A DNA stretch of 64,000 nucleotides from Prorocentrum cordatum (taxonomy: Eukaryota): the NCBI GenBank assembly GCA_963575745.1, contig CAUYUJ010000292.1, positions 62,001 to 126,000 on the forward strand, in the 5' to 3' direction. Shown here piece after piece: positions 61,240 through 64,000 of the stretch. A program made the position numbers and the translations under genes. Under the pieces are notes generated by a model. It was given only the letters and a program-made list of their open reading frames with translations. It made no database searches and was not told the origin of the DNA. Numbering within the stretch: the first letter of the stretch is position 1; each line of letters opens with the position of its first letter.

Positions 61240-63395
61240 AGAGCCAAAAGAGGCCCCCAAGACGGTCCAAGAGGGCTCCGAATCACCGAACAATCGGCCC
61301 AAGACGCCCAACACGGCGTCAAGACGGCCCAAGAGGCCTCCAAGACGTCCCAAGAGAGCCCCGACCCTTCCCAAGGGAGCCCCAAGAGGCAAAAATCAAT
61401 GACTTTCCTTAGGTTTTTGAAGGTGTTGGCTTCCTCGCCTTTTCGCCTTTCCGACGCTCCAAGACGGCCCAAGAGGGCCCCAAGACCACCCCAAGACGGC
61501 CCAAGAGGCCCCCAAGAGAGCCCCAAGACCGCCCAAGAGGGCCCCAAGACAGCCTAAACGGCGCCCAAGAGGGCCCGATGAGGGCCCCAAGAGAGGCCCG
61601 AGATGGAGACCACGAACCGAAAATCCGAGCCTTCCGCTCCAAGAGGCCTCCAGGACGCCCCAAGAGGCCCCTAAGAGGCCCCAAGAGGCGCCAAGAGGCC
61701 CAAAAGAAACCCCAAAAGGCTCCAAAACGGAGCCCCGAGATACAAAAATCAGTGATCCTCTTAGGTTTTTGAAGGTTTTTGGCTTCCTCGCCTTTTCGCC
61801 TTTCCGACGCTCCAAGACGGCCCAAGAGGCCCCCAAGACCACCCCAAGACGGCCCAAGAGGCCCCCAAGAGAGCCCCAAGACCGCCCAAGAGGGCCCCAA
61901 GAGGGGCCCAAGATGGAGACCACGAACCGAAAATCCGAGCCTTCCGCTCCAAGAGGCCTCCAGGACGCCCCAAGAGGCCCCCAAGAGGCCCCAAGAGGCG
62001 CCAAGAGGCCCGAAAGAGACCCCAAAAGGCTCCAAAACGGAGCCCCGAGATACAAAAATCAGTGATCCTCTTAGGTTTTTGAAGGTTTTTGGCTTCCTCG
62101 CCTTTTCGCCTTTCCGACGCTCCAAGACGGCCCAAGAGGGCCCCAAGACCACCCCAAGACGGCCCAAGAGGCCCCCAAGAGAGCCCCAAGACCGCCCAAG
62201 AGGGCCCCAAGACAGCCTAAAAGGCGCCCAAGCGGGCCCCAAGAGGCGCCCAAGATGGAGACCACGAACCGAAAATCCAAGCCCTTCCGCTCCAAGAGGC
62301 CTCCAGGACGCCCCAAGAGGCCCCCAAGAGGCCCCAAGAGGCGCCAAGAGGCCCGAAAGAGACGCCCAAAGGCTCAAAAACGGAGCCCCAAGAGGCAAAA
62401 CTCAGTGATTTCCATTAGGTGTCTGAAGGTTTTTGGCTTCCTCGCCTTTTCGCGTTTCCGACACTCCAAGACGGCCCAAGAGGCCCCCCCAAGACCCACC
62501 CCCAAGACCACGCCCAAGAGGCCCCCAAGAGAGCCCCAAGACCGCCCAAAGAGCTTTTCAAGACAGCCCAAAAGGCGCCCAAGACTGCCCAAGAGGGCCC
62601 CAAGAGGAGCCCAAGAGATGGAGACCACGAACCGAAAATCCGAGCCTTCCGCTCCAAGAGGCCTCCAGGACGCCCCAAGAGGCCCCTAGAGAGGCCCCAA
62701 GAGGCGCCAAGAGGCCCGAAAGAGACCCAAAACGCTCCCAAAACGGGCCCCGAGATGCAAAAATCTGTGATCTCTTAGTTTTGAAGGTTTTGGCTTCCTC
62801 GCCTTTTCGCGTTTCCGACACTCCAAGACGGCCCAAGAGGCCCCCAAGACCACCCCAAGGCAGCCCACGAGGCCCCCAAGAGAGCCCCAAGACCGCCCAA
62901 GAGGGCCCCAAGACAGCCTAAAAGGCGCCCAAGAAGGCCCCAAGAGGGCCCCAAGAGGGGCCCAAGATGGAGACCACGAGCCGAAAATCCGAGCCTTCCG
63001 CTCCAAGATGCCTCCAGGACGCCCCAAGAAGCCCCCAAGAGGCCCCAAGAGGCGCCAAGAGGCCCGAAAGAGATCCCAAAAGGCTCCAAAACGGAGCCCC
63101 AAGAGGCAAAATTCAGTGAATTCCCTTAGGTTTCTGAAGGTTTTTGGCTTCCTCGCCTTTTCGCGTTTCCGATACTCCAAGACGGCCCAAGAGGCCCCCA
63201 AGAAGCCCCCAAGACCACCCCAAGACGGCCTAAGAGGCCCCCCAAAGAGCTTCAAGACAGCCCAAAAGGCGCCCAAGACGGCCCAAGAGGGCCCCAAGTG
63301 GAGCCCAAGATGGAGACCAGGAGCCGAAAATCCGAGCCTTCCGCTCCAAGAGGCATCCAGGACGCCCCAAGAAGCCCCCAAGAGGCCCCAAGAGC
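61240..63395. repeat. CCCCAAGAGG-based satellite with a 310-365-bp higher-order unit x about 6
   Basis: The tgaaggt...ggcttcctcgccttttcgc block recurs six times (units starting near 61391, 61745, 62055, 62398, 62761, 63108). Confidence 0.92.
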
Positions 63396-63824
63396 CGCCA
63401 CTCTCTTTCTCTCTTTTTCTCTTTTCCCTCTCACGTCGAGTGGCATACCTGTCGCAACAGTTACACTGTGTTCATGGCCCCCGCATGAGCGTCCACGAGC
63501 AACGAGCCCCCACAAAGGCGCCAGGGACACCCCAGAGCGGCACAACCCAGGAAGCCCCGTGGAAACAACGATTCCCCCGACACCTCCTCAGAAGGTCGAC
63601 GCGAGCTGTTTTCGCGGGGGCAGCTTCAACACCACCATCCCGAACGCAACGCCTCAAAAAAATTATCCCCCCGGCAAAGCAACCTAACATCGATGTGTAG
63701 GATCATATCTGGAAGCATTCCCCTTAAGATTCGGATGAGAATCCAGTTGTAGAATTCGTGCTGTTCTCGCAGTCGTAGTCGCATTCGCGATGACAGTCGC
63801 AGTGGCAACGGCAGTCACAGACAC

Positions 63825-64000
63825 AGCCTCAGCCTCAGCCTGCCTCAGCCTCAGCCTCAGCCTGCCTCAGCCTCAGCCTGCCTCAGCCTCAGCCTCAGCC
63901 TGCCTCAGCATCAGCCTCCTCAGCCTCAGCCTCAGCCTGCTTCAGCCTCAGCCTCAGTCTGCCTTCAGCTCGGCCTCAGCCTCAGCCTGCCTCAGCCTCA
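63825..64000. repeat. (CAGCCT)n hexanucleotide tract
   Basis: Visible; runs off the window. Confidence 0.92.

Noticed and set aside
61185..63700. Many overlapping 100-330 aa ORFs (GASWG/PRGPQE repeats)
   Set aside because: Products of the CCCCAAGAGG satellite on both strands.

Overview
Repeat-dominated, GC-rich eukaryotic DNA, almost certainly from a dinoflagellate: it carries a perfect 21-nt copy of the dinoflagellate spliced leader (DinoSL) plus a 20/22 copy. Most entries in the ORF track are artefacts of (CAT)n, (GGA)n and (GGC)n microsatellites and satellites. The main element is a 5'-complete non-LTR retrotransposon on the minus strand (1-6692, running off the window edge) whose 5' end is the DinoSL. 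It has an intact ORF1 (C4 zinc finger, coiled coil) and a mildly decayed ORF2 (3x109-aa repeats, APE endonuclease, RT, zinc knuckle, RNase H). The ORF2 frame is open through the whole of ORF1, starting at the second AUG after the SL. Also present: two older relics of related RNase H-bearing LINEs (about 54.8-57.3 kb and 22.0-22.6 kb); a second SL-headed retrocopy (about 57.6-58.0 kb); at least four MITE/foldback families with readable target-site duplications (TSDs), one of them nested; a candidate non-autonomous Helitron; several minisatellite and satellite arrays (90-bp x about 23, about 151-bp, 101-bp, about 350-bp); and a chain of candidate micro-exons of a minus-strand host gene whose introns are filled with microsatellites. 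No rRNA, tRNA or CRISPR array was recognised. All calls were made by eye; no database search was run.
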